Assembly: GCF_009914755.1 (NCBI RefSeq)
Contig: NC_060931.1
Reading direction: 5' to 3' (one strand)
DNA length: 64,000 nucleotides
Source: the human T2T-CHM13v2.0 reference genome, Homo sapiens
Every line of letters begins with the position of its first letter. The stretch's first letter is position 1. Below, piece by piece: positions 13,881 through 28,250 of this stretch. The translations under genes were made by a program, and so were the position numbers. The notes below the pieces were generated by a model, which saw only the letters and a list, made by a program, of their open reading frames with translations, searched no databases and was not told where the DNA came from.

Positions 13881-14525
13881 TTTTTTTAAAGGAAAACTAT
13901 AGCCATTGAGAGTTATCAGATTCTAGTCTTGTTTCTTGTTTCTGGGCTATTTTTACCTCTTTGTAAACTGGATCCTGCCATCTGATGAATTTTGTCCCAC
14001 AATGATACTTGGGGAACAAGAAGCCAAGTATTGTCTCTCCTACTAATGTATCTATTGTCAGTTAATTTGAAGGTCTCCAACCCTGGAACAAAGTTAGAAG
14101 AGGAAGGTTCTACTCCCCAAAATGCATAACCAAATTGTGCTACATTCATGTAATGGAATACTATTTAGCCATAGAAAGGAACAAGATATCAACACACACA
14201 AAGACATGAGTGAATCTTGCATGCACATTGCTAAGTGGAAGAAGACAGTCTGAGGAGGATACACACAGTGTGACCTCATTTAATGAGACACTGGGGAAGG
14301 CAAACTACACAGATGGGAAGCCATTGGCTCCATGGGGTGGGGGTTTGAGGCATTCCATATGATACTTTAATAGTGGGATATCTGCCACAATGCATTTGTC
14401 GAAATATGCAGAATTTTACAGCCAAATGGTTAAAGCAAACTCTATTCAAATTAAATCAAATTACTCAGGATGTGGAGTATCCCAGGACAGAATACATCAT
14501 GTGAAAAAGAATTTATGCTATAAAT

Positions 14526-14969
14526 TACGATGGTTTGGATGTGGTTTGTCCCCACAAAAACTCATGTTGAAATTTGACTCCCACTGTGTCAGTGTGGGGC
14601 GGTGGGGCCTAGTGGACGGTGTTTGGGTCATGGGGACGGATCCCTCATGAATAGATTAATGTCCTCCATGGGGGTGAGTGAGTTCTGTTCTCACAGGAAT
14701 AGATAATTCCTGCAGGAGCAGGTAATTAAAAAGAGTCTGGCTTCCTTGGCTTCCCTCTTGCTTTCACTTCTGCTATGTGATCTCTGGTGCACCCCTTGCT
14801 CCCCTTCCACTTTCCACCATGAGGTGAAAAAGACTGAGGCCCCGCCAGATGCAACTGCCCAATCTCAGACATTCCAGCCACCAGTATTGTGAACCAAATG
14901 AAACTGTTTTACTTATAAATTACGCAGCCTCAGGTATTCTGTTACAGAAGCACAAAATGGACTAAGACA
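14526..14969 (+). mobile_element. MST-type MaLR LTR
   Basis: gatggtttggatg...aaaactcatgttgaaattt start; aaaatggactaagaca end. Confidence 0.85.
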
Positions 14970-14974
14970 CAAAT

Positions 14975-16330
14975 CTAGGTAAAAACTTTGAAAATGAATA
15001 GAATCTGTAGGCTGAAGGCACATGAACTATACTTCATTATTGGATTCCATTTTATAAAGTTCTTTCCAACAGAAGCAATTGTGAACAATTGTAAAACCAC
15101 AGTGTCTGTATCTGGAGTAAAACAATGACTTACATAAGTCGCAGATGGTGGGAACCAGCTTTCTCACTGTTGAAGTGGGAGGTTACAAATTAGCAAGACG
15201 AGAAGGCTAGAATGATTCCTGTGATAGTAGATCAGAGGTGGAGACATCAACGTAAACTTATGCTTAGTTTAATATAGATACACACAGTTCTACATAGAAA
15301 ACTTTATAATTAGGTGTGTGTAGGTAGGTTAGACACGCACATATGCTTCCTAGCATTGCTAATGAGGGACAAGATACAATGTGCATTCAGCAGCCACATG
15401 TAAGTTTTCCCACCATTCTGAAAGGAATCAGGCTCTTTGAAGAAATGTCTGATACTAGAACTGGGACAGTAAATATAGGAGCCAGGATAATCTGGAAGTA
15501 TCAGAAAGTAAGTACTAAAAAAATTAAAATATATCAAACAAAAATAAAAGCCAATAAAAACAGCTACCGATGGCCAACACAGGAAGGAATTGTGCAACAT
15601 AATGCTATAGTGTCGAATAATAACTAAAGCTTAAAGTAATTATCTAGGTGTCTGTATTTGTATACCTAGGTGAATAAGCAAATGGAGTTGCATAGAAATC
15701 TCCTTTGCAAAAGAATTCCAAATAACTGATGTAGACACTCAGCCATCAAGAAGGTGGAGCCAACTCCTCACTCCGTAAGTGTGGGCTCTGCATAGTGACT
15801 TGCTCCAAAAGAACACATGCAGTACGGACAAGGAGGAAAAATAACTTCACAGTGGAGAAATCTGACAAACAGTAGCTCTGCCAAATGATCCAAGTGAATA
15901 TCAAAGCTGACAGTTCACCTTGAGAACATGAAGTGACAATGGGGGGCATTCTACAAAATTCCTGACCAATCCTCCTCAGTGCTATGAAGGTCATCATGAG
16001 ATGGAAAGCCTGACACACTGTCACAGCCAGGAAGAGCCTATGTGATGACTACATGTCGTGCGGGATCCTGGATGGGATCCTGGGTCAGAGTAAGATAGAA
16101 CTAAGGGAATCCAAATGAAATATGAACTTCAGTTAATAACAGTCTATCAGTATTGGTTCATTAACTGCGGCAAATTATGTAAGATATTAATAAGCCATGT
16201 GAGACACACTGATAGAAGATGTTAATAAGAGAGGAAACTAGGTTGCGGCTACATGGGAAATCTCTGCTTTTTTTTTTTGACGATTTCTGTGTAAGTAAAA
16301 AAAAGACGTAAAATAAAACTTTATTTAAAA
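14975..16330 (+). mobile_element. Old L1MC-type 3' end
   Basis: gggatcctggatgggatcctggg, gtattggttcattaactg, ggaaatctctgc and terminal aaataaaact motifs. Confidence 0.6.
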
Positions 16331-17200
16331 CACTGTTTTTTTAACACTTCCTTGTTTAATTATTTATACCATGAATTACTAGTAATTGACACTGTTAACT
16401 AGTCCTGTTTTTTAAAATAAGAGCAATTATGACACAAAAAATTAAACAGTGCAGACTGATATATAAATCAAAACAAATGTCCTTTACATGTTTTCTGTTA
16501 CAGTAGTAACAATATGTGTAAACTTAATTATCATATTTTTTTCTTGTGCTGTGGTTGTGTCCTGGGTTCATTCTCTAAAATGCTGTTCACCTTAGACCAG
16601 GAAAAATATTAACCATACAGACTCTGTTTCAAGTCATAGCTGAATATTTTCAAAAGAGTGACTTTGTAAAAACATGTTCCAATGGCAAATTGATTCATTG
16701 TGATGGGATCAATTATTCCAAAGACTTCTTGTCTTTATTTTGTTCCCATGCCTACCTTTTAGCCATAATACAACAGAATCAAATATTGGCCAATGGGAAA
16801 AAATATTCAAAGAAAGAAAGAATGTGAACAGAACTTATGACCATGATGATTCAATGTTTTACCACAATGCTTTCTAAAACAAAAGAGTCTAAAAGGATAT
16901 TCAAAGTCAATTTCCTCAACGAGGATTTGCAGAAAATGAGGAAACTAGAAAAACAAAAATGGCGGGACATTCTACGGGTGATTTTAAATGTTGCTATGTT
17001 TTATGGGAAAAAATACTTTACCTTTTAAAGAATCACAAAGAATTATTGGAAACCCAAACTCTGGAATGTTTGCAAATTTAGTTGAGCTTCTGTGTAATTA
17101 TGTCTATATAGGTAGCCATGAAGTTGATGATTTCTTAAAAATCTGTGCCTTATTTGTGTAATAAAAGACACAATGAATAATTAATACTCATAGGAACACT

Positions 17201-17645
17201 TACGAAGGGAAAATAAATCTTGGGGACTCAAAATCACTAAGCTAAAGGGAAAAGTCAAGCTGGGAACTGCTTAGGGCAAACCCGCCTCCCATTCTATCCA
17301 AAGACACCCGTCTGATCACCTAGATAAATGCATACCTGATTGCCTCACATGGAGAGGGTAATCAGCAATGCAAAAGAATGAAACCATTTGTCTCTTACTT
17401 ACCTGTGACCTGGAAGCCCCCTGTCTGGCCTTCTCACCTTTCTGGACTGAACCAATGTACATCTTACACGTATTGATTGATCTCTCGTGTCTCCCTAAAG
17501 TGTATAAAACCAAGCTGTGCCCCGACCACCTTGGGCCCATGTTGTCAGGATCTCCTGAGGAGGCATCACAGGCGCACATCCTCAAGATTGGCAAAATAAA
17601 CTTTCTAAAAAATCTGAGAGCTGTCTCAGATTTTCAGGGTTCACA
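17201..17645 (+). mobile_element. MER4-group ERV1 solo LTR
   Basis: gggaaaataaatcttggggactcaaaatcactaag start; tgtataaaaccaagctg...ggcaaaataaactttctaa...gggttcaca end. Confidence 0.85.
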
Positions 17646-18337
17646 CATGTAATGTAGGATGTCAATGTTTATAAAAGGGATGTTATTCTATCTACTATTA
17701 GAAATATGCTGTCAATTAACCTTAAACTTTCTCAACACAATAAAAAATGTTGATGAGGTACAAATAATATATCTAGGCTTAAATAGTGTTGCAAGTTTTA
17801 ATATGCCTACTTTTCAATTTTTCAATACTATCTTTACTAATTTAACACTGTAAGAAAAATGAGTAATTAAAACATGAATAAAAGTGTTTACAGGGGATGC
17901 ACATGTTTCCTCCAGCCTCTGCCTATACCCAACTTTCATCCCAACTGTCCTGATGGTGGCTCTAAGCATTTCTCCTTTCTCTATACCAAGATATCTCCCC
18001 AGAAACAAACCCAAATCTTACTATATGTTATGGCACGCTATGATGATGAGCAGCGATGAGCAGCCGAAGCCTCAAGGAAGGGATGCTTTTGTAAAACAAG
18101 ACTTGTGGAATATAACATGTGAAAGTAAAGCCCATGGCAGAACTCCCTCCTCAGCACACGGGGAGCAGACAGGAAGCTGTTGCCTCACCTTCCTCAATGG
18201 CCTACAGCCACATCTCCCCAGGTCAGTCTTAAGGACAATGAAACTCTGGTCTTCACTGTGGACACGCCACACTACCAGGCGCTCCAAAGCCATGGTGACC
18301 CACCCTCGGGTGGGACCTGAGGAGAACAAAGCTCTGG

Positions 18338-18525
18338 TTCTAATTCTAACCCTAACCTTGTCCCAAGACTTTGACACTGAACCTAAATCCTGATCCCTAT
18401 CCTGGTCCCTAATTCTGACCCTTACTTTGACCCTGACTTTGATCTCGACCCTGACCATGACCCCACCTCTAACCATACTTCTGGCCCTGACTCTGACCCA
18501 GATCCTAATCCTATCCCTAACCCTA
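18338..18525 (-). repeat. Degenerate interstitial telomere-like tract (CCCTAA/CCCTGA-derived hexamers)
   Basis: 6-bp periodicity with ccctaa, ccctga, ccctat, tcctaa; same polarity as the terminal telomere. Confidence 0.85.
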
Positions 18526-20212
18526 TTATTATCTTTACAATCTATGGCTAATCTTACCCTCTAGTGCTAAATAGCTGTACCCAAAAGCACTTTTAAATTA
18601 TTTAACTTCTTTTCCTTGAATTCTCTAAGGACATCCTAAAGGAGATGTCAATATGTATTTTGCATTCCCTCTGAGTGGTATGGCTTCAGATAAGAAGTTC
18701 TAATACTTTGCAAGACATAAAAAGTTTGGAGGGTGACAGCACTGGGTTGTTAGGGATGCATGTTGGCATTCGTGGTAGTCATAGGTGCTGTTCTCCAGAT
18801 ATTTTCAGTTCATATTTTATGAATGCATTCTGACTGTTCCATCCCGCCTACTTACATTTTCACATGGCCACATGACTTTTTTTTTGCCAATGGAGGTGAG
18901 AAGAAATAACATGTGACTTTTTCAGGAGAAATCTCCAAGAAACAGAGTGCTATTCCGCATACTTTTTTCTCTTTTCTATAGCAATGGGGATCTTATTGAT
19001 TGTCCCTCCTTCCGTCTGGATTCCTGTGTTAGGATGACACAGCACAGAGCTACCTCTCACCTGACCCATGATGAAATGTAAATAAATGAGGAAGAAGATT
19101 TTTGAGCCACTGAAATTTGGAGGTTGTTTGTCACCACAGTTTAACCTAGCCCCCATTTACTGATGCACGGCTGAAGAATGAGTCCGAACTGGATCTGGAC
19201 AAGACATGTGAAGAGCGCTCCAGGCTGAGTAAAATTCAAGTGTTGTCTCAAAGATAACACTGAGCACGATATGTTATTGGGGTGGGTGTGGGATAAATAA
19301 GGTATATCAGGTGAGAATAACAAGAAACTCAACTTTAAAAGACGGTGCCGATTTGGAAGACACCAAATTGGAAGACAGCAGGAGCTGCCCCATAATACCA
19401 GTAAAGTGAGAAGCAGAGATAAACTAGTCCTAGACAGCTGACTCATGTTGGGGGCAGCCCACTCACAGTGGCCCTGACCCAACTCTGACTAGAGGCCACT
19501 TGATCTCAACACCAGGGTGCTCAATGGCCCGTCCTGGTACTCTGCTCTACACTGGTTGTAGGAAGGAATCTGCAGGTTGAAATAAGGAGATCATTTCCCT
19601 GAGGTTCCGAAGCTCATATTTACTCACCATTTGTTGTTTACTGCTAATGTTGAGCACTGTCAGTAAAATACATAAAAGCCTTTGCCAATCCAGGAAGTGA
19701 AAATGACACTTTACTGTTTTAATTTGCATTTCTCTGCTTACAAGTGGATTACACACATTTTCGTGTGCTGTTGGCTACTTATTCATTCAGAAAACATACT
19801 AAGTGCTGGATCTTTTTCATGTCCTTTATCAAGTTTGGATCATGTCATTTGCTATTTTCTTTCTGATGTAAACTCTCAAAGTCTGAAGTGTATTGTCTTT
19901 TCCTGACACATATGTTGTAAATAATTTTCTGGCTTACATTTTGACTTTTAATTTCATTCACGATGTTTTTAATGAATAATTTTAATTTTTATGAATGCAA
20001 GTTAAAATAATTCTTTCATTGTGGTCTCTGACATGTCATGCCAATAAGGGTCTTCTCCTCCAAGAGCACAGAAATATTTGCCAATACTGTCCTTAAAATC
20101 GGTCACAGTTTCATTTTTTATATATGCATTTTACTTCAATTGGGGCTTCATTTTACTGAATGCCCTATTTGAAGCAAGTTTCTCAGTTAATTCTTTTCTC
20201 AAAGGGCTAAGT

Positions 20213-20770
20213 ATGGTAGATTGCAAACATAAGTGGCCACATAATGCTCTCACCTCCTTTGCCTCCTCTCCCAGGAGGAGATAGCGTCCATCTTTCCACT
20301 CCTTAATCTGGGCTTGGCCGTGTGACTTGCACTGGCCAATGGGATATTAACAAGTCTGATGTGCACAGAGGCTGTAGAATGTGCACGGGGGCTTGGTCTC
20401 TCTTGCTGCCCTGGAGACCAGCTGCCCCACGAAGGAACCAGAGCCAACCTGCTGCTTCCTGGAGGAAGACAGTCCCTCTGTCCCTCTGTCTCTGCCAACC
20501 AGTTAACCTGCTGCTTCCTGGAGGGAGACAGTCCCTCAGTCCCTCTGTCTCTGCCAACCAGTTAACCTGCTGCTTCCTGGAGGAAGACAGTCACTCTGTC
20601 TCTGCCAACCCAGTTGACCGCAGACATGCAGGTCTGCTCAGGTAAGACCAGCACAGTCCCTGCCCTGTGAGCCAAACCAAATGGTCCAGCCACAGAATCG
20701 TGAGCAAATAAGTGATGCTTAAGTCACTAAGATTTGGGCAAAAGCTGAGCATTTATCCCAATCCCAATAC
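20213..20770 (+). mobile_element. MLT1-type MaLR LTR
   Basis: ttaatctgggcttggccgtgtgacttgc.ctggccaat; cagccacagaatcgtgagcaaataa..gcttaagtcactaagattt. Confidence 0.7.
20446..20616. repeat. 59-bp tandem repeat, ~3 copies
   Basis: AACCTGCTGCTTCCTGGAGG starts at 20446, 20505 and 20564. Confidence 0.93.
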
Positions 20771-21081
20771 TGTTTGTCCTTCTGTTTATCTGTCTGTCCT
20801 TCCCTGCTCATTTAAAATGCCCCCACTGCATCTAGTACATTTTTATAGGATCAGGGATCTGCTCTTGGATTAATGTTGTGTTCCCACCTCGAGGCAGCTT
20901 TGTAAGCTTCTGAGCACTTCCCAATTCCGGGTGACTTCAGGCACTGGGAGGCCTGTGCATCAGCTGCTGCTGTCTGTAGCTGACTTCCTTCACCCCTCTG
21001 CTGTCCTCAGCTCCTTCACCCCTGGGCCTCAGGAAATCAATGTCATGCTGACATCACTCTAGATCTAAAAGTTGGGTTCTT

Positions 21082-21382
<301 letters not shown>

Positions 21383-21840
21383 CTTAGGTTCTTGGATGTT
21401 CGGGAAAGGGGGTTATTATCTAGGATCCTTGAAGCACCCCCAAGGGCATCTTCTCAAAGTTGGATGTGTGCATTTTCCTGAGAGGAAAGCTTTCCCACAT
21501 TATACAGCTTCTGAAAGGGTTGCTTGACCCACAGATGTGAAGCTGAGGCTGAAGGAGACTGATGTGGTTTCTCCTCAGTTTCTCTGTGCAGCACCAGGTG
21601 GCAGCAGAGGTCAGCAAGGCAAACCCGAGCCCGGGGATGCGGAGTGGGGGCAGCTACGTCCTCTCTTGAGCTACAGCAGATTCACTCTGTTCTGTTTCAT
21701 TGTTGTTTAGTTTGCGTTTTGTTTCTCCAACTTTGTGCCTCATCAGGAAAAGCTTTGGATCACAATTCCCAGTGCTGAAGAAAAGGCCAAACTCTGGAAA
21801 AAATTTTGAATATTTTGAGCCAAATGTGAGGACTACAACC

Positions 21841-22260
21841 TGTGAGAACGGAAAATAAATCCTGGGACCCCAGACTCACTAAGCCAAAGGGAAAAGCCAA
21901 GCTGGGAACTGGCTTATGCAAACCTGCTTCCCATCTGGTTCCTAAATAAGATAGCTATTACACAAAGATAAAAAAGCTACATCCCTGCCTCTACCTCCAT
22001 CGCATGTAAAATGTGTATTCAGTGAACGCTGACCAAAGACAGAAGAATGCAACAATTTGCCTCTGATTTACCCACACCCATTTTTTCCACTTCTTCCCCT
22101 TTCCTCAATACCCACACTTTTCCCCTTTACTTACTGAGGTCCCCAGACAATCTTTGGGAAAAGCACGGACCACAGTTTTTCCTGTGGTTCTCTGTTCTTT
22201 TCTCAGGTGTGTCCTTAACCTTGCAAATAGATTTCTTGAAATGATTGAGACTCACCTTGG
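21841..22260 (+). mobile_element. MER4-group ERV1 LTR
   Basis: ggaaaataaatcctgggaccccagactcactaagccaaagggaaaag start, similar to the LTR at 17201. Confidence 0.75.
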
Positions 22261-22269
22261 TTGTGTTCT

Positions 22270-22557
22270 TTGATTAGTGCCTGTGACGCAGCTTCAGGAG
22301 GTCCTGAGAACGTGTGCACAGTTTAGTCGGCAGAAACTTAGGGAAATGTAAGACCACCATCAGCACATAGGAGTTCTGCATTGGTTTGGTCTGCATTGGT
22401 TTGGTCTGGAAGGAGGAAAATTCAAAGTAATGGGGCTTACAGGTCATAGATAGATTCAAAGATTTTCTGATTGTCAATTGGTTGAAAGAATTATTATCTA
22501 CAGACCTGCTATCAATAGAAAGGAGAGTCTGGGTTAAGATAAGAGACTGTGGAGACC
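22270..22557 (-). mobile_element. MER4-group LTR fragment, tail-to-tail with the previous LTR
   Basis: gcctgtgacgcagcttcaggaggtcctgag and ggggcttacaggtcatag...gattttctgattg are the reverse complement of MER4 3' sequence. Confidence 0.65.
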
Positions 22558-22699
22558 GTGCATAGTTGCTTCCTGATCAGCTCTTTATTTGATTGAGAGT
22601 GAGGCAGGGAAGATTAGAGGGAAGCTTACAGTGGAATTCAGGGCTAAGGCTGCTATTCTTTTGCTCCTTGTAACTTCCTACAGTGTTGTCAGCATCCAC

Positions 22700-22950
22700 A
22701 TACTTCTCTGTGGGGTTGGTCTCAGAGCCAGGTTACCTTGTCTTAGGTCCAGTGGCACCCTGACTGGCTTGGTGTCCTTGAACAAGTTACCTAACCTCTC
22801 CATACCTCAGTCCCTCAGCTGTAAAATTAAAAAAAAAAAAAAAGAAGAAGAAGAGTACCTACTGTATAGCATTGATTTGAAGATTGAATGAGCTGGTATT
22901 ATACAACGTTTAGAAGCAGTGCCTGACACGCAAAAGGCTCTCAACAAATA
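22700..22950 (+). mobile_element. MIR
   Basis: gtgtccttgaacaagttacctaacctctc...cctcagtccctcagctgtaaaat; gaagattgaatgag; gtgcctgacac. Confidence 0.75.
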
Positions 22951-23894
22951 CTATCCTTTACTAATATCCTGTGTGTCTGTATCAGAGCTGGTGGGGTGGA
23001 GGGACAGAAACAAGTGGGAGAAGGTAAAGAGATGGGCAAATGATCTCTAAACTCTCTCTGGCACTAACACAATTCTTTATTATGTGTTTTGTCTGGCTCT
23101 TTATATTGATAGCTGTTCCAGAGGCAATCAATAGCTATTAGTCGGTTTTATTCTTATTTTTCTGTCTGATCTTACAGGGGAGCAAACTGTGGCAAAGTAT
23201 GAACTTACTTCTCAGGAAATTAACCATTATATTGGCAATCACTGTGATTATTTGAACTTCAGCGTCTGGACAAATTTAGTCACATGAAATACAGAAGAGA
23301 GATTTCTCATGGTTAAAACGAAGCTCTCTTTATTTGCTTCTGCTAATTAAAAAATCAGAGCTAAAGATACTTAAACACTACAGTTAAAATGCCATGGTTG
23401 TCTATTGGCTTAACGAATTCTCTTATGAAATCAACTCTAAAATGTTATCCATCATAAATCATGAAACGCAATTTTTCTTATTCTCTTTAGAGCTTTACAA
23501 TTCATCTTAAAGACCAGTGTTTACACTCTCTTCTGTAGGTTGTACAATAACTTTTGGCGAGAAAAAATAAAAGTCTGGCTTTCTGACTCATAGGTGTGTT
23601 CCCTTTAACAGAAAAAGAAAATATGTCCTCTTTAAAACTGATGATCATTGGTCACCTCAATTTTATTGAAGTTCACTTCTGACCTCTTTAGATGTAGTTC
23701 TCTACATAAAACTGCCCAACAGAATTCTCTGTCTGAATGTCTCCTCCACAAACAAAATTTTAAGAACTAAAATTATCATCTTTCCTTCCAAATATGCTCT
23801 CCCTATGTCCCCAGGGCTCTCCATGTGTAGAGCTGAGACCATTTGCCACTCAGTTTCCTCACCCAATTAATTACAAGTCCCAACAATTTTCCGG

Positions 23895-24197
<303 letters not shown>

Positions 24198-24975
24198 CAG
24201 TTTTGCCTTTTTAACATCCCTCAGCTCTTCAAATCCATTTTCTCTTCTCTAACACCTCCCCATTCCCCAGCTCGTAATGAACTCGTAAGTAAATTACTAC
24301 AATCACCTCCCAAATGGTCTTCCTGGCTCCATCAGCCTTGTGACCTTCAAGTTCATTTTCCACATGGATGTCAGAGTAACTTTCTAAAATGAAAATCTGA
24401 CCACGTTACTCTCTTGCCTAAATCCGCCTATGGCCGCTCTTAGGATCAAGTCTAAACTCCCGACCCTGGAACATCAGGTCTTCGTGCTCTGTTCACTGCT
24501 TCTCTACCTCACCTGCAACCAACACCACTCCCACATCCATATGCTGCTCACCGTGTATCAACATGAACAGGAGGTGGGTGTTTCAGTCCCCAGGAAGACA
24601 CTGGGCCTTTTCAATCATCTACTGCTGTGTAATAACCACCCCGCAAACTGACCACATGATTTCATTTTGCAAGGGTTCCTTCCTTGGGCTATGTTCAGCA
24701 AAAGGGTTTACTGAGCTGGCAGGTCCAAGATGGCCGCACTCACAGGACTGGCTGTTGATGGGAGCCTTGATGCTCTTGGGCTCACCCCTTATCCTCCAGT
24801 AGGTTAGAGCTTCTTACAGTGGTTTCAGGCAGCATCTGAAGACAGTAAAAGCAGAAGCTCCAAGGCTTCTTACATTCTAGCCTGGAAAATTACATCACAT
24901 TGCTTCCTTCATATTTTTTTGGCAAATCAGGTTGCAAGGCTTGCCCAGATTAGGGTAAAGAGGCAAAGAGGCTCC

Positions 24976-25237
24976 TTTTCTTTTCTTTTTTTTTTTTTTT
25001 TGAGTCAGAATCTCGCTCTGTTGCCCAGGCTGGAGTGCAGTGGTGCGATCTAGGCTCACTGCAAGCTCTGCCTCCTGGGTTCACGCCATTCTCCTGCCTC
25101 AGGCTCCCAAGTAGCTGAGACTACAGGCACCTACCACCACGCCCGGCTAATTTTTTTTTTTTTTTTTGTATTTTTTAGTAGAGACTGTGTTTCACTGTGT
25201 TAGCCAGGATGGTCTCCATCTCCTGACCTCGTGATCC
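24976..25237 (-). mobile_element. 5'-truncated AluY
   Basis: gcaagctctgcctcctgggttcacgccattc; stops at gacctcgtgatcc. Confidence 0.92.
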
Positions 25238-27934
25238 TTGCAAAGGGACATGCAGACCACATTAGTGAGAATATGTGCCTGTATTTTGCAATCTGTAACA
25301 TGGGCATAAACTAAATGTTTTCCAAAGGGAATAGGGCAAAACAAAAAGGACCTTGACCACTCCTTGGCCCTGAATAAATCCAGGAAGCCTAAGAGTATGA
25401 CTATCCTGAGGTAGAAAGAGGGTCACATGCTGGATAAGAGGTACCTGGGCTCTCCACTTACAAGAAGAGAGCATGGTTACATTTATAATCACCATTCCCA
25501 ACATGCTGTGAGTGCAGGCAGCTACCAGGAGGAGAACAAAGGAAATAACCAGGACACTCATCTCTAAACCTGTTAATTTAATCACACGGAACACTTCTAT
25601 TTAAAATTCCCGAGAGTTAAGATGTAAGAATGCTTATCAAGGTAAATGCTGTTCACACTGCTTGGAGTGTCAGGCCTAGATCTCTATCCATCAGAAACAA
25701 CAATATCAATAACAACAACAGCAACATGATGATGGGGCAATTTCTTAAAAGCACCATGTATTTTATCGATACATGTCCGTTGCAGAAAATCCAGGTGAAT
25801 CCAAAGAAGAAATAAATGTCTTCCACAATCCCATAGCCCAGAGCTAACTAACCACTATAAAGAACCCAGCGTGGTTTTAACTAATGGATCAAAAGATGCT
25901 CATCAAAGGCTCTGAGCTTTCCTGAGTGCTAACAGGAAACATCCAGCATCACTGGTCTCTCCAAGGCTGCAGGTGTCTTTGCCCATAGTGCCTGTTTTGT
26001 GTCAGGGAAAGAATCAACCTGGGAGCCAAGCCCAGGAATCAGGATGACCAAGACATACTGCACAAGGAGGGAACAAACCCATCCAAGGACACTCAAGGAC
26101 AAATCAAGCAAATGAATTTAAGGGAGACGTGCTCATGGTCTGCTTTGCTGCTCAGCATGGCTGGGAGGCACAGTGGAAGATCATGCATCCTGCCCCTGGG
26201 ACTCCTCTGCCAGAGCCTGAGAGCTTTCTCCTGCCCACAGGCTAGGGGTAGGGCAGTTGGAATTGATCCATGCCTTCTAGCTAGACTGTGGGTCCCCTCA
26301 GTCTTGGGCATGGTGACAGCCCAGCATCAGACAGAGGTCAGTATCAAACTAGAAAATTTAATAAATACTGTCAGATTTGTAGACCCAAGAAAATATAAAC
26401 TGCCAATCACGGAGGAAAAAAATCTCTCAATGATCTTATCTTTATATGATTCCCTTGCTGCCTGGAGATTGACATTTCCTTGGGGATAATCTGGTCATAG
26501 GATTGGTGAAGGTGGAAGGGAGGCAACCTCCAAAGGTGGGGCCCTCTGCTCACCTGGGACAGGGAGGGCCTGAGGTAGGTGTCTGTGTGGGCTGGGGAGG
26601 AGGATGGGAGCAGTGCTTCTAGATGTTTCCACTTTCTCCTCATTAGATAATAACGAATGGGTGATTTCCCTAGTCACTGCAGTGTGAGGAAATCTACAAA
26701 ATTAATTTCACAATACACTTTACAGGATAGGTGGAGAAACACATGAAGCACAACTGCAGTGGGTTATAAAAAACGGCCTTTCGAGTTGAGCAATAAATTC
26801 GTTCAAGCAGCCATTCTGAAGGACAAACTGGCTCTGTATTTAAGAGGGGCATTCCAGCACTTCTCTAGCCACTGGGTTGACAATGACTCACCAAAGCCTC
26901 TGGTAGCCACCACAGGACACCCAGAGCATATGTTTTAAAGCTGAACACCAAACTGCGGACTTCGGGAGTAAGTGAACTGACTGGTTTTTATTTTGTTTTA
27001 CTGCTTTTAACATTACAGTAACTGTTACAGGTTCCAGCAGGCTAACTGGGTGGAAATGAGTTTGGTTTCACTTAGTCTCTCTAAAGAGAAAGCAAGTCGG
27101 TAGACTAATACCTAATAAAAGCAAAGCTGCCAACAATTGAAATTGCCTAGGCTGCTCTGTGTGTCCCACATGCATGGGTGTGGGTGCCAGTGTGTGTGCG
27201 TGTGTGCATGCATGTGCATGTGTGTTGGGATAGAGTGGTAAGAAAATGGGAAATAATAAGAATGTTCAGTCCATAGCCCTTCATTATAAAAAGGTGAGCT
27301 GTAATAAATACTAGTGCCACATTTAGCCAAAACTTTACTCCAGCCAAAGGTGATATTTTCATGATAACATCCTGTGATTGCTTTGTTCTTCGTCTTTTAT
27401 GTTCTTCCTAGATGGGCTCAGAACATACAAGAATTAAGTACACATCTTATTTTCCAGTGATAATGCTACCGGCAAATTCTGTTGTTTGTATAAACATCAG
27501 CCAAGTTTATATAACTAAACTAGTGTTTTGTTTTGTCAATTCAGCAAGAAATTAGACCAAATGGTGGCTTAATGCTGCATTGATTTGGCTATCAATTTGT
27601 TTTCACTTTTCTGCAAAATAATTAATACATTATTAAATTGAGTTATGCTGATGCCACAGTTGTTCTTATCTCAAGTGTCTTAAAATTCATTTAATTTGTT
27701 TTTCCTTTGGTTTCATTATTCAGATTTTAACTTCAGTTCTCAAGATTTTATCTGATGGAAGAGATGGAGTCCATTACTAAGGACTCCATTGTGCTCCATC
27801 ATGCCAGAGTTGTAAAATAGATCTTTTAAAGGAAATTTACTGTGATTTTTTTTCTATTTAAGAGCTTCCTCTCCAGTTGAGCATGTAAGAAAATTATACC
27901 AGGAGAATACAGTAAACTCTATGAGGCAAGCTAT

Positions 27935-28250
27935 AAACATGTAGCATTGTGATTAGGGCTGGTTCTCCTTCTAGAGATATGGTAGGATTGCAATTTCATA
28001 CCATCCTTGAAGTTAGAGAGAGCCATGTGACTCATTTAGCCAATGAACTGTGAGCAGAATGACATGTCACTTCCAGCTGAAGCTTTAACAATCTGAGAGA
28101 CATTCATACGTTTTCCATGTGCTGTAGCCTTATACCCAAAGCCTGGGTCCCAAGTGACCATGACAGGCAGAGCTCCCTGTTGAGCCACAGAGATTTAGAG
28201 AATGGCTGTTAACACAGCATAATCCAGCCCATCCTGACTAATCTGATATT
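27935..28250 (+). mobile_element. Old MLT1 LTR fragment
   Basis: ccttgaagttag...gccatgtgactcatttagccaatgaactgtgagcagaa. Confidence 0.55.

Noticed and set aside
17884-18476. 169-aa (+) and 134-aa (-) ORFs at the interstitial telomere tract
   Set aside because: No recognisable domain; LTLTL/VRVR stretches derive from the degenerate hexamer repeat.
19141-19482. 113-aa minus ORF with a hydrophobic, signal-peptide-like stretch
   Set aside because: No recognisable family or splice/promoter support; length within chance expectation.
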